39,414 bases of DNA from a virus: positions 1 through 39,414 of IMG/VR virus record IMGVR_UViG_2225789004_000001; one strand, written 5' to 3'. Position numbers and translations under genes: made by a program. The notes beneath the pieces were generated by a model, which saw nothing but the letters and a program-made list of their open reading frames with translations, made no database searches and was not told where the DNA came from. Below, in pieces: positions 15,081 through 24,888 of this stretch; within the stretch, counting starts at the first letter, position 1; every line of letters starts with the position of its first letter.

Positions 15081-15838
15081 AGATTTTCTTATCAGCAGTC
15101 GAAGGGTCTGAAAAACATATTATCGACAGATGTATTAGAGAAGGAATTAATCTCAAATACATTTTAATTTCTTATTTTCACCTTCGCAAAAACGAAAAAA
15201 TATTCAACAAATTAAGATTAATTTGCGATGAAATGCTCATCGACAGCGGGGCACACTCTTTTCAAAAAGGTTTTAAAGTTGATTTTTATGAGTTTACCAA
15301 AGAATATGCTCAATGGATTATCGAAAATGATTGCGACCAAATGACTGGTTATTTTGAGATGGATATTGACAATTTAATCGGTTATGATGAGGTTAAAAAA
15401 CTTCGTGCAATTCTCGAAGCCGCACACCCGACAAAAATAATTCCGGTATGGCACGCAACGAGAGGTGTGGAAGAGTTCGAAAAAATGTGTGAAGAATACG
15501 CAGGTCGAATCGTTGCCATTTCCGCAATTAGAAATAAAGACATTTCAGACGACCAGTATATGATGTTTTTGAAAACAGCAAAAAAATATGGATGTAAAGT
15601 TCATGCTCTTGGAATGACACGAACAAATTTATTAAATAAAGTTCCTTTTGATTATACAGATTCATCAACATGGAAACAAACTGGTAATTATGGCGGTTTC
15701 GCCAAATTTACAGGATGTAAAATGAAAGTCGTTAGTGCGGCAGGTGGTCTGAAAACTTATTATTTAGATTTTCATAATTTAAAAGAATTTATGAAAATGC
15801 AACAGTATTTCGAAGCAAAATATAAACATTTAGAATAA
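15077..15838 (+). CDS. dpdA: DpdA-like DNA transglycosylase (TGT superfamily)
   Basis: LIDSGAHSFQKG resembles the TGT DSGGFQ catalytic strand. FDYTDSSTW resembles the second conserved Asp strand. ILISYFHL is a TIM-barrel strand. Neighbours are ParB-like and YhhQ genes. Confidence 0.6.
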   Translation: MKIFLSAVEGSEKHIIDRCIREGINLKYILISYFHLRKNEKIFNKLRLICDEMLIDSGAHSFQKGFKVDFYEFTKEYAQWIIENDCDQMTGYFEMDIDNLIGYDEVKKLRAILEAAHPTKIIPVWHATRGVEEFEKMCEEYAGRIVAISAIRNKDISDDQYMMFLKTAKKYGCKVHALGMTRTNLLNKVPFDYTDSSTWKQTGNYGGFAKFTGCKMKVVSAAGGLKTYYLDFHNLKEFMKMQQYFEAKYKHLE

Positions 15839-15844
15839 AAGGAT

Positions 15845-16540
15845 ATGATTGAAATGATACAGAATGAATTGCTGTTTTTTGTCACCATGTTGGTGAACTT
15901 CTCCGGCATCTTGATTGCTTATAAATTGTTTGGTAAACAAGGTCTTTTCGTATGGATGGGGCTTGCGATTGTTATAACTAACATCGAAGTCCTCAAATGC
16001 GTGGATATGTTCGGATGGGCTGTCACGTTAGGAAATGTGATATACGGCACAACTTTCTTGGTTACGGACATCCTTAACGAGAAATATGGTGTAAAAAAAG
16101 CACGGATGGCGGTTATGGTCGGATTCTTTGCGATGATTGTTTTCACGGTTATCATGCAGGTAAATCTTCTCTTCGAAGTGAATGCCGCCGACTTTTCCAA
16201 AGATGCTTTTGAAACAATCTTCGCCGTTCTGCCAAGAATTGCAATCGCTTCTATTATTGCTTATCTTGTCGCAAATCTTATTGATGTTCAAGTTTATCAT
16301 TTCATCAAAAAGGCATTGCCGGACGATAAGTGGTTATGGGTGCGAAACAACGGCTCATCCCTCTGCGGACAAGCAATCGACACTGTTATTTTTGGAATTA
16401 TCGCATTTATTGGACTTTACGAATTTCCGATAATTTTCCAACTCACAATAACAAGTTATATCTTAAAATTTGTGATTACTCTTTGCGAAACACCGTTTTT
16501 ATACATTGCGAAACGAATAAAGCCGATTTACGATGAGTGA
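15845..16540 (+). CDS. yhhQ: YhhQ/DUF165 (VUT) family queuosine-precursor transporter
   Basis: Polytopic membrane protein. GNVIYGTTFLVTDILNEKYGVKKAR and SSLCGQAIDTVIF match YhhQ signatures. Confidence 0.7.
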   Translation: MIEMIQNELLFFVTMLVNFSGILIAYKLFGKQGLFVWMGLAIVITNIEVLKCVDMFGWAVTLGNVIYGTTFLVTDILNEKYGVKKARMAVMVGFFAMIVFTVIMQVNLLFEVNAADFSKDAFETIFAVLPRIAIASIIAYLVANLIDVQVYHFIKKALPDDKWLWVRNNGSSLCGQAIDTVIFGIIAFIGLYEFPIIFQLTITSYILKFVITLCETPFLYIAKRIKPIYDE

Positions 16541-17867
16541 AATATTTAATCCAAAGCAAAAGCGTTCTTTTAGACGTTTTATTCAAAAAGCGTTTAAAAG
16601 AATTAACTTTTTTGAAGGGTCGGTATCATCTGGAAAGACCTACATCACATTGATTCTTTGGTCTCTCTGGGTGATGTCACGACCGCCGCAATCAGTCCAT
16701 CTTATGTTCGGAAGAACTATCACTTCTTTGGAACGTAATTGTCTGCTTCTTTTGACGGAACTGTTCGGCGAAGAAAATGTTCAATACTCTGTTTCTTCGA
16801 AAAGGATGCGACTATTTGGCAGGCTTGTCTGGTTAGAAGGTGCGGATAACGAAAGAGCCAGAGCGAAAATTCAAGGTTTAACGATTGATTCAGTGTATGG
16901 TGATGAACTCCCACTCGTTCCGGAAACCTTTTTTAACATGGTTCTTTCTCGTATGAGGATTCTCGGCTCGAAAGGATTTTTTACCGGAAACCCCGATGAC
17001 CCGACAAATTACGTTAAGAAGAATTGGATTGACCGCATTGAAGAGGACGATTTAGATATGATGGTTGAACATTATCATATCTGCGATAATTCGATGTTTC
17101 TTCCGGAAGGTTATATTGAAAATTTATAGAAAGAATACACTGGCGTGTTCTTCAAACGTTACATAGAAGGTCTTTGGGTTGTTGCCGAAGGTGCAGTTTA
17201 TCAATTGTTTGGCGATAATTCAGACGATTATATTATTGATTTGAAAGATTACAATTTTGATAATTTAATGTATATCAACATTGGCATAGATGTTGGTGAA
17301 ACAGAATCCGGAACTGCGTTCACAGCAACCGGCTTTGAGAAAAATTATGCCGGCATTGTTGCTCTGGATGCCGACTGGATTAAAGGAAATGCCTTAACCG
17401 ACCCCACCGCACTTTACGAAGCGTTTCATGCTTTCTTGGCACGGCAACAATATGACGGTGTGAAGGTAAAAGCGATTTATTTCGATAAGGCTCAACAATT
17501 TTTAAAACGTGGTTTAGTAACTTATCTTTCTTCCAAAGGAATCAACATCCAAGTTTACGATAGTTTAAAATATCCTATCAACGATAGAATTATGGTTACA
17601 AACGCATTATTTTCAACATATAAATTAAAAATAAGCACACGATGTCCGCATTTGATAAAAGCGTTTAAAGAAGCAGTTTGGAAAGCGAATACAACGCCGA
17701 TGGAACGACTTGATGACTTCACTTCTGACATTGATAGTTTAGATTCGTTTGAGTATTCAATCGAAGATGGAATGTATAACATCGTCACCTTTTTACAGAA
17801 ACCAAAAATCAGATTTCCAAAAGAAAATTTAATGATAAAGTTACAAACGCAGAGGTTATATGAATGA
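16533..17867 (+). CDS. terL: Terminase large subunit, with one in-frame TAG at 17127..17129
   Basis: ORFs 16533..17129 (Walker A GSVSSGKT, Walker B VYGDE) and 17145..17867 (nuclease half, IGIDVGETESG) are in the same frame (612 nt apart). Codons 17130..17144 (KEYTG) are open. Confidence 0.85.
17127..17129 (+). other. In-frame TAG inside terL
   Basis: ...PEGYIENL-TAG-KEYTGVFFKRYIEGLWVVAEGAVY... Confidence 0.8.
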
Positions 17868-19252
17868 ACACATTAATCGACCCAATCCTTCGGAAAGTTT
17901 TTCAAAAAGAAACATTTCTGGATGAAAAATGGCTTGCCAATTTGAAAAAGTGGAACGATTGGTATCGCAATGATGCACCGTTTCATACCAAGATGGTTTG
18001 GAACGGCGATGCTTATCAAAGTTACAAAATGTGCCGCACCGGTATCGTTAAATTGATTTGTTCAACAAAAGCAGATTTGATGATGAATGAAAAGGTGACG
18101 ATTACAGTTTCTGACAAATATAAAAAAGAATTTGACGAAATGTTGGAAGATAACAATTTCTGGATTCGAATGAATCAAGCCGTTGAATTGTCGCAAGCAT
18201 TTGGTTATTATGGAGTTATCATCGACAAGGATATGGATGAGAAAATTGTTTTGAATTACATTTCCGCAACCGGAATTTATCCAATTACCGCAGTAAACGG
18301 CGAGATTACCGAATGTGTTTTCATGACAAGCGTTCACCGTTCCAATCATGAGGTTTTGAGATTGGAAGGACATTTCTTGGAAGAAGGGAATTATGTTATC
18401 CGCAATGCGTATGTGAAAAGAGAAGCATACGGAAAATTGACTGTTATGGATGTTGAAGGCTTCGGACAAGAGCCGGAAATACGAACAAATTCACCGACAA
18501 GAAGGTTTGCCATTCTCTCTCCAAACGCAGTAAACAATATTGACCCTGATATTTCTCTTGGAATCCCATGCTTCGCCAATTCGATTTATGACATTAGAGC
18601 GGCGGATTCAGCATACGATTCTTATCAGAATGAATTTATTCTTGGAAGAAAAAGATTGATTTATTCCGCCGAAGCCGCCAAACCAAGCCATGACGGCGAA
18701 CTTGTTCCTAATTTTGACCCGACTGAAATCGGATATATGCGTGTTGATATGCGGAATCCGGATAAACCTTTTATTGAGGAATTGAACATGGAAATCCGTG
18801 CCGAAGAACACCGCACCGGATTAAATGATATTTTGAACATGATTTCGGTGAAATGCGGTCTTGGTTTAGGTTATTTTTCATTTGAAGGAAAAGAAGGATT
18901 TAAAACCGCAACCGAAGTTGTCAGTGAGAAATCCGAACTCTTCCGTTCAATCAAAAAAGATGAAATTCAAATCGACAAAGTTATCCGAATCATTGTTGAA
19001 GCCATTTTTGAATTGAAAGGTTGGATTTTCAACAATGAGGAATTAACGATTATTTTTGATGATTCAATTATCGAAGATAAAGCGGCATTGCAGGCACGAG
19101 CGTTCCAAGAAGTGGTGCAAGGAATCAGAACGCCGGAATCATATTATAAATTGATTTATGGTTATTCTGATGAAGATATTGCGGAAACAATTCCGGAAAA
19201 TTACGGTCAAAGTATCGTTGAACAACTTGGTTTAAACAGATATACAGAGTGA
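17864..19252 (+). CDS. Portal protein
   Basis: 462 aa, immediately after terL with an ATGA overlap. Size and position fit SPP1-type portals. Confidence 0.7.
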   Translation: MNTLIDPILRKVFQKETFLDEKWLANLKKWNDWYRNDAPFHTKMVWNGDAYQSYKMCRTGIVKLICSTKADLMMNEKVTITVSDKYKKEFDEMLEDNNFWIRMNQAVELSQAFGYYGVIIDKDMDEKIVLNYISATGIYPITAVNGEITECVFMTSVHRSNHEVLRLEGHFLEEGNYVIRNAYVKREAYGKLTVMDVEGFGQEPEIRTNSPTRRFAILSPNAVNNIDPDISLGIPCFANSIYDIRAADSAYDSYQNEFILGRKRLIYSAEAAKPSHDGELVPNFDPTEIGYMRVDMRNPDKPFIEELNMEIRAEEHRTGLNDILNMISVKCGLGLGYFSFEGKEGFKTATEVVSEKSELFRSIKKDEIQIDKVIRIIVEAIFELKGWIFNNEELTIIFDDSIIEDKAALQARAFQEVVQGIRTPESYYKLIYGYSDEDIAETIPENYGQSIVEQLGLNRYTE

Positions 19253-19257
19253 ATTAA

Positions 19258-20343
19258 ATGATTTTTGATTACGATGGAATAGTGGTTGATGATTCAATTT
19301 CTTCGATTTATATGGATATTGAATATGATTTAATTACAAACATCGCAAAGAACTTCTCAATCGGTCAAGAATTGGCATATACCGACCAATGGCGATTAGA
19401 CAAACTTCTTGAATTGCATGAATTGAATCAACGAAATTCAAAAATGTTCACTCAAAGAGAAAAAGAAGTAAATGCAGGTTTGGAAAAAACTCTTAATGAA
19501 TTTTCTTTTAAAATTGTTGAAAAAGATGTTAAAAAACTCGGCGGCACTGTTGATTTCGGCGATGAAAACGCTATTCGTAATATTGTTAATCGTCAAGTGT
19601 CGAGTTTTAAATTAGACAAAAATTTAACTAAAATTTCAGCATTGGAATCCGCAAACCAATCATTTTTATCAATTGTGAATAAAACGTATATCGAAACTGC
19701 CATTTCAACAAAAACTCCGCAAGAAGCACTTCGAGCCGGAGTAAAAGCACTTGGACAGCAAGGAATCAAAACCTTAACTTATTCTTCCGCAACTGGCGGC
19801 GTTTCAACCATTTCTCTTCAAAGCGGTCTTAAAAGAGCGGTCAATACCACTCTGACGACAACGATGAAAGAAGTTCAGTTTGCGAAATTGGATGAATGGG
19901 AAATGGATTTGATTGAAACATCTTCGCACATGGGTGCGAGACCGAAATGCGAACCGTATCAAGGAAAAATATTCACAAGAAGAGGGAAAGGAACAAAACA
20001 ATATCCATCCTTTGAAGCCGATACTTCTTATGGATTACCTGATGGTATTCTTGGCATAAATTGCACTCACATGATTTATCCTTTCTTGGAAGGCGTTAGT
20101 CAGCAAACTTATCAACCTTACGATAAGGCTTTAAATGATAAAGCATATAAAGAATCTCAAATACAGCGACATTTAGAGCGTGAAATCCGTAAAACAAAGA
20201 TGGAAGTTCATGCTTTACAGACCGCCGGATTTGATGCGAGTTCCGAATTGACGAAATTGAAAGATAAACAGAGTAATATCCGAAATTTCGTCAAAGAAAC
20301 CGGAAGAACGAGAATTTATTCAAATGAACAAATACATACTTAA
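19258..20343 (+). CDS. Head morphogenesis protein (SPP1 gp7 / Mu F-like)
   Basis: ARPKCEPYQGKIF...GLPDGILGINCTHMIYPF motif. Positioned after the portal gene. Confidence 0.7.
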   Translation: MIFDYDGIVVDDSISSIYMDIEYDLITNIAKNFSIGQELAYTDQWRLDKLLELHELNQRNSKMFTQREKEVNAGLEKTLNEFSFKIVEKDVKKLGGTVDFGDENAIRNIVNRQVSSFKLDKNLTKISALESANQSFLSIVNKTYIETAISTKTPQEALRAGVKALGQQGIKTLTYSSATGGVSTISLQSGLKRAVNTTLTTTMKEVQFAKLDEWEMDLIETSSHMGARPKCEPYQGKIFTRRGKGTKQYPSFEADTSYGLPDGILGINCTHMIYPFLEGVSQQTYQPYDKALNDKAYKESQIQRHLEREIRKTKMEVHALQTAGFDASSELTKLKDKQSNIRNFVKETGRTRIYSNEQIHT

Positions 20344-20375
20344 AATTTATATATCATAAAGGAGTTGATTTAACT

Positions 20376-21014
20376 ATGTCAGGAAACCAGTCTGGCTCTT
20401 CGAAAGAAGGTGAATCTGGTGCAGGTGATTTTACACCTGAACAGCAGAAAAAACTTGATTCTATTATTCAAACAAGAATTGGGGAAGTCTCTGCGAAAAA
20501 GGATGGCGAAATTAAAGAACTTCAAAAGAAGTTATCTGAAATTCCGCAAGATTTTAACGCAGAGAAATGGAACAAAATCCCCAAAGATTTCGATTTCGAT
20601 TTTTCAAAAATCCAAAAATCAGAGCCGCCAAAAGAAGGCGACATCGGTGCAGTAATCGCCGCTGAAATGGATAAATTGCGTAAAGAACATGAAAAGAGTA
20701 TGGCAGAATTGACCGGAAAATTCGAATCCGTGAGAGCGGAACGAGATTCTGAAATTCTTAACGCCAAACTTAAAGGCATGGGTGTGGACGACAAGCACTT
20801 GAAATTTGTCGGTTCAGAAGTCAATGAAGCTCTGAAAACACAATCCGGTAAACCTTTCGAGGAAATTGTTGATACTGTTTTGAAAGACAACGGTTTAAGC
20901 AAAGTTCCGGCACAAGGTAACGGCGGTCAAAGAATGGGTAACCCTCCGAACCCGAATAAACCAACATCATTCACCGAAGCCATTATGCAGGCTATGGGTG
21001 ATAAGGATAAATGA
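20376..21014 (+). CDS. Scaffolding protein
   Basis: Charged, coiled-coil-like 212 aa protein directly upstream of the capsid gene. Confidence 0.55.
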   Translation: MSGNQSGSSKEGESGAGDFTPEQQKKLDSIIQTRIGEVSAKKDGEIKELQKKLSEIPQDFNAEKWNKIPKDFDFDFSKIQKSEPPKEGDIGAVIAAEMDKLRKEHEKSMAELTGKFESVRAERDSEILNAKLKGMGVDDKHLKFVGSEVNEALKTQSGKPFEEIVDTVLKDNGLSKVPAQGNGGQRMGNPPNPNKPTSFTEAIMQAMGDKDK

Positions 21015-21020
21015 TTCAAT

Positions 21021-21977
21021 ATGGCAATTACACTTTTACAGATGAAAGAAACTTCTGACAGCACTCTCACACCGTGGGTTATTGACGAGTTCGTCACCGA
21101 CCCTCTTTTGGAATACCTTCCTTTCGACAATACGGTTAAAGCAGGCGGTCAGGGGCAGTCTCTTTCCTATTCCTACAACCGTGTTGTAAAATACGGAACG
21201 GCACAGACCAGAGCGTTGAACACTGAATACACTCCTGACATGGCAGAAACCAAAAGAGTGACTGTTGATTTGAAACAATTCGGCGGCTCTTTTGAAATTG
21301 ACCGTGTTTTGCAGAAGCACGAAGTTCAGGTTATCGCATCTCGTTTCCAGTTTGAAGCAGAACAGAAAATCAAAGCAACCAGAGCGTTGTTTGCTCACAT
21401 GTTCATTAACGGCGATGCAGAAGGCGACCCGACACAGTTCACCGGCATTGACAAAATCGTTACCGGCACTTCTACTGAATATATCCCTGCCGCAACAGTT
21501 GATATTTCAACCGCAGCCGCTGTCGAAGCAAACGCAAAGGATTTCATGTTCGACCTTCGTCAGGCACTCAAACCATTGAACGCAACCCCCACGTTCATGC
21601 TCGTGAACCCTGACCTTTTCGCAACTTTCCAGTCCGTTGCCGATGAATTGACCGGATTCACAACCAGAAAAACCGATTTAGGAACTGAAATTTTGTCTTA
21701 CGGCAGAATCGGTATCCTCGAAACCGGAAACAGACCCGGAACGAATGACCCGATTATTCCGACCGCCGCCGATGGAACGACATCCGCATACTTTGTCCGT
21801 CTCGGTCTCGATGGTGTTCACGCCGTCTCTCCGTCCGGCATGAGTCCTGTCGATGTTTATATGCCTGATTGGTCTGCCCCCGGTGCAGTCAAACGTGGTG
21901 AAGTCGAAATGCTCGGTGCTGTTGCCGTCAAAGACACACGTTCAATCGCCGCTTTCAGAAACATCAAGGTGGTCTAA
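21021..21977 (+). CDS. Major capsid protein
   Basis: 318 aa. Position after the scaffold gene. A terminator or attenuator follows two genes downstream. Confidence 0.6.
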   Translation: MAITLLQMKETSDSTLTPWVIDEFVTDPLLEYLPFDNTVKAGGQGQSLSYSYNRVVKYGTAQTRALNTEYTPDMAETKRVTVDLKQFGGSFEIDRVLQKHEVQVIASRFQFEAEQKIKATRALFAHMFINGDAEGDPTQFTGIDKIVTGTSTEYIPAATVDISTAAAVEANAKDFMFDLRQALKPLNATPTFMLVNPDLFATFQSVADELTGFTTRKTDLGTEILSYGRIGILETGNRPGTNDPIIPTAADGTTSAYFVRLGLDGVHAVSPSGMSPVDVYMPDWSAPGAVKRGEVEMLGAVAVKDTRSIAAFRNIKVV

Positions 21978-22229
21978 ATGTCTGTTGATGGCAAACCCGA
22001 CCAAGTTTCCGCAATTGTCAATGGTGAAATTCCGAAGATTACTGACATTTCAGAAATCGAAGCCGGAACACTTTATTACGCAATTGTGAAAAAGCAGAAC
22101 CAAGACATCCAGAGAACGCTCGGTCTTGTTTACGGAAACGTAATCACCGACTATGCCGGAAATGGATACGAATTGGTTTTCGCTTTCACTCCGTTCTACG
22201 CACCCAACGACATCGTTTCCACACTTTAA
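21978..22229 (+). CDS. Small head-associated protein
   Basis: ORF track. ATG immediately after the capsid TAA. Confidence 0.5.
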   Translation: MSVDGKPDQVSAIVNGEIPKITDISEIEAGTLYYAIVKKQNQDIQRTLGLVYGNVITDYAGNGYELVFAFTPFYAPNDIVSTL

Positions 22230-22230
22230 G

Positions 22231-22260
22231 CAGGGTTTTTCAACCCTGTTCCTTATTTTT
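22231..22260 (+). terminator. Intrinsic terminator or attenuator after the capsid genes
   Basis: cagggtt (22231..22237) and aaccctg (22242..22248), then a T-rich tail. Confidence 0.6.
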
Positions 22261-22277
22261 CTTGGAAGTGATTGAAA

Positions 22278-22691
22278 ATGTTAAAGATAGAGGATATTTG
22301 GGTTACGCAGGAAGAATATAATGATTTCAGTCCGTATCCCATTGAAGATTCTGATTTATTTTTGAAAATTGCAAATCGTTCGCAAATGATGATTAACAAT
22401 TCAACATTTTCGAGGATTATGATTCGGAAAATTACTTCTTTCAGCGAACATATTCAAAATCTCATTAAGCAAGCATTAATGTCACAAATCGAATTTTTCG
22501 CAGTTAATGGCGGTCTGAAAACGATTTCCAAAGGAAAAGTGAATAATGTCAGTTTGAATAAATTTTCTTACGGATATGAAGGCACTGGAAATACTCAAAC
22601 TGCCGCATCTGTCGATAATGCGAAAATCTGCGAAGCAAGTTATAAGTTGTTGATTCAAACTGGTTTGCTTTACGCAGGGATGAGTGGTTAA
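22278..22691 (+). CDS. Head-tail connector protein
   Basis: Track ORF 22272..22691. ATG 22278 follows GGAAGTGATTGAAA. Call is based on position. Confidence 0.45.
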   Translation: MLKIEDIWVTQEEYNDFSPYPIEDSDLFLKIANRSQMMINNSTFSRIMIRKITSFSEHIQNLIKQALMSQIEFFAVNGGLKTISKGKVNNVSLNKFSYGYEGTGNTQTAASVDNAKICEASYKLLIQTGLLYAGMSG

Positions 22692-23046
22692 TGTGATTGA
22701 TGACATCGAACCAATTCCGGCTGAATTGTTGAATATGACCGCAACCTTAAAACGTGCGATTTCGAAAGATAATGAAAATAATATCGTTTTTGAAGAAATT
22801 AATTTGGAAAATATTCGAATTGACTTCGCAAGAACGATAACAAGGAACAAAGAAGGAAATGAGATTGTTATTCCGGCATTAATGTTTTTCGATGTAACAT
22901 CTTCAACGCCGAAAGGTGTTGTTTTCCAAGAAGAAGATGAGATTGAATGTAATCTCTTTGGAAAAGAATTTAGATTTAAAATTGCATCGGTTGAGCCGGC
23001 AATTGCGTTTTCAATTCCGGTATTTTGGATAATCGGATTGATTTAA
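22684..23046 (+). CDS. Head closure or adaptor protein
   Basis: ORF track (GTG start). Call is based on position. Confidence 0.45.
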   Translation: MVNVIDDIEPIPAELLNMTATLKRAISKDNENNIVFEEINLENIRIDFARTITRNKEGNEIVIPALMFFDVTSSTPKGVVFQEEDEIECNLFGKEFRFKIASVEPAIAFSIPVFWIIGLI

Positions 23047-23409
23047 ATGCCGAGTAAAGTTAAAATTGATTTCAAACCATCAAAAATAAATGAAAAATTA
23101 GGCGTTGCCGCATCTTCGGCAACGAAAATGATGATGAATGAGGTGCATAAGGATTCGAATTTCTTCGCACCGGATTTAGAAGGAAATTTGAAAAGAAAAG
23201 TTGAACTGGTTCGCCGAAACGGCAACTGGGTTTTGATTTGGATGTCGGTTTATGCCAGACGGCTTTATTACGGCATTACTTTCAAATTTTCAACACATAA
23301 AAATCCAAACGCATCATCTTTTTGGTTTCATAAAGCAAAAGCGAAAAATTTATCAAAATGGATGAACTTTTTAAAACAATCATTTAAAAGAGAATATGCG
23401 AGGTTATAA
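23047..23409 (+). CDS. HK97 gp10-like tail component
   Basis: ...NFFAPDLEGNLKR...YARRLYYG... pattern and position. Confidence 0.5.
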   Translation: MPSKVKIDFKPSKINEKLGVAASSATKMMMNEVHKDSNFFAPDLEGNLKRKVELVRRNGNWVLIWMSVYARRLYYGITFKFSTHKNPNASSFWFHKAKAKNLSKWMNFLKQSFKREYARL

Positions 23410-23410
23410 A

Positions 23411-23938
23411 ATGTTAGAATTTTTATCACAATTTTTATTTAAATCGGACACGACACACCCGCTTTATCTTATCATAGCATCCATTTATGGTTTTATAACT
23501 GGTGCTATCGGTTTCGCTTTCGGCAATTGGTATGGTTTATTGGCTATTCTTGGCTGTTTGATTACCCTTGACACTATTCTTGGAATCATTGCCGCCGCCA
23601 AAGAAGGTCAGGTTGTAAACAGCAAGATTTTTGCGAAAATGTTTTTTTTGCACAAATTCATCCCATACAGTGCGGCAATCGGATTTTCGGTCTGTATTGA
23701 TTCATTAATTAAGATTTTCTTAACCAATGGAATTGATTTGATACCGCTTTTCGATTGGTTGCCTTATGCCGATGTTATTCTTGGAAACATTTTAACCGTT
23801 ATCTTAATGACGTGGCTTATTGTTAAAGAATCTTGGTCGATTTTGGAAAACCTGACTATTATTGATTCAAAAATCGTTCCGTCACCGATTAAGAAAGTGA
23901 TTGCGAAATTAATGCAAATTGTGAACCCGAATGAGTGA
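23411..23938 (+). CDS. Holin, TcdE/Phage_holin_4_1-like
   Basis: ITLDTILGIIAAAKEGQVVNSKIF and IVKESWSILENLTIIDSKIVPSPIKK resemble TcdE ISFDTLLGCLSAIKSRKFNS and ILYESVSILKNL..GLPVP. Multiple TM helices. ATG 23411 follows GAGGT. Confidence 0.65.
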   Translation: MLEFLSQFLFKSDTTHPLYLIIASIYGFITGAIGFAFGNWYGLLAILGCLITLDTILGIIAAAKEGQVVNSKIFAKMFFLHKFIPYSAAIGFSVCIDSLIKIFLTNGIDLIPLFDWLPYADVILGNILTVILMTWLIVKESWSILENLTIIDSKIVPSPIKKVIAKLMQIVNPNE

Positions 23939-23943
23939 ATAAA

Positions 23944-24375
23944 ATGGCTGTTATCAATGCTTCTGCCGGACAAATTCTTGCAAATTTATACCAAATAATT
24001 GCCGAAGAAGCCGGCGGTGCAATTGGTAAACAGATTGGATTACAATTCGACAAATTCACAACCGTTTCAATGCAGATGGTGCATGAAGCACCAACAAACA
24101 GATATTATTCAAGCCAAAAAAGAGTGAGAACGAAATTTTTATTTTCGTTTTTATCAGTTAATGAAAAACCTTTCGTGGCACTTGAAGAACTTGAAAAAAT
24201 TAAAACTCATTTCATGAATAAAAAATATCCAATTTCCGAAACATCTGAAAATGAATGGTGGAAAATTCATGGTATTCGAATTCAAAATGAGCCAAACTAT
24301 ACGAACATTTATGAAGAAGGAAAAGGCTATGTTTATCAAATGGCTTTTTCCGCCACTATCACATATCATATATAA
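23944..24375 (+). CDS. Tail completion or terminator protein
   Basis: Track ORF 23935..24375. ATG 23944 follows GAGTGAATAAA. Call is based on position. Confidence 0.45.
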   Translation: MAVINASAGQILANLYQIIAEEAGGAIGKQIGLQFDKFTTVSMQMVHEAPTNRYYSSQKRVRTKFLFSFLSVNEKPFVALEELEKIKTHFMNKKYPISETSENEWWKIHGIRIQNEPNYTNIYEEGKGYVYQMAFSATITYHI

Positions 24376-24388
24376 AAGGTGAAAAGAA

Positions 24389-24862
24389 ATGGGATTAACA
24401 TACGATGAACCGCAATCTCTCATGCCTAATTTTGAGAGCGAATTCTATGTCTCGGATGATTTAACAACTGCTTTGGAAGATGTTGAATGGGTTCCAGTCA
24501 TGGGAATTACTGAAATCAACAACAACTTCGACCCGACAACTTTGACAAGAGCCTACTACAATGACGGTGGGGCACAACGTGAATATCCAATCGGATTTAA
24601 ATTTACAGTTGATATTGCCGGAGACAGAGATTTGAATGATGAAGGTCAGAATCTTCTCTTTGACATTGAAAGAATTTTCGCAACTGGAACAAAACGACAG
24701 ATTCGTTGCAAATATTTAACCGAAGAATTCACAATCACCGGAGTCAGCAATCAAGCATACGGTATCGCACAAAACGGCGAAGCACTTGAATTTGCAACAT
24801 TCGACCTTGCGTTTACATTTCAAGGAACACCGAAAATTATCGAAACACCAACTACACCTTAA
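24389..24862 (+). CDS. Major tail protein
   Basis: 157 aa, positioned upstream of the chaperones and tape measure gene. Confidence 0.5.
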   Translation: MGLTYDEPQSLMPNFESEFYVSDDLTTALEDVEWVPVMGITEINNNFDPTTLTRAYYNDGGAQREYPIGFKFTVDIAGDRDLNDEGQNLLFDIERIFATGTKRQIRCKYLTEEFTITGVSNQAYGIAQNGEALEFATFDLAFTFQGTPKIIETPTTP

Positions 24863-24888
24863 TTAAATCAAACATGGAGTGATACAAA

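Noticed and set aside
21975-21980. Capsid gene and the next ORF share a frame (possible read-through fusion)
   Set aside because: The intervening stop is TAA, not TAG, and an ATG follows immediately. This is ordinary adjacent genes.
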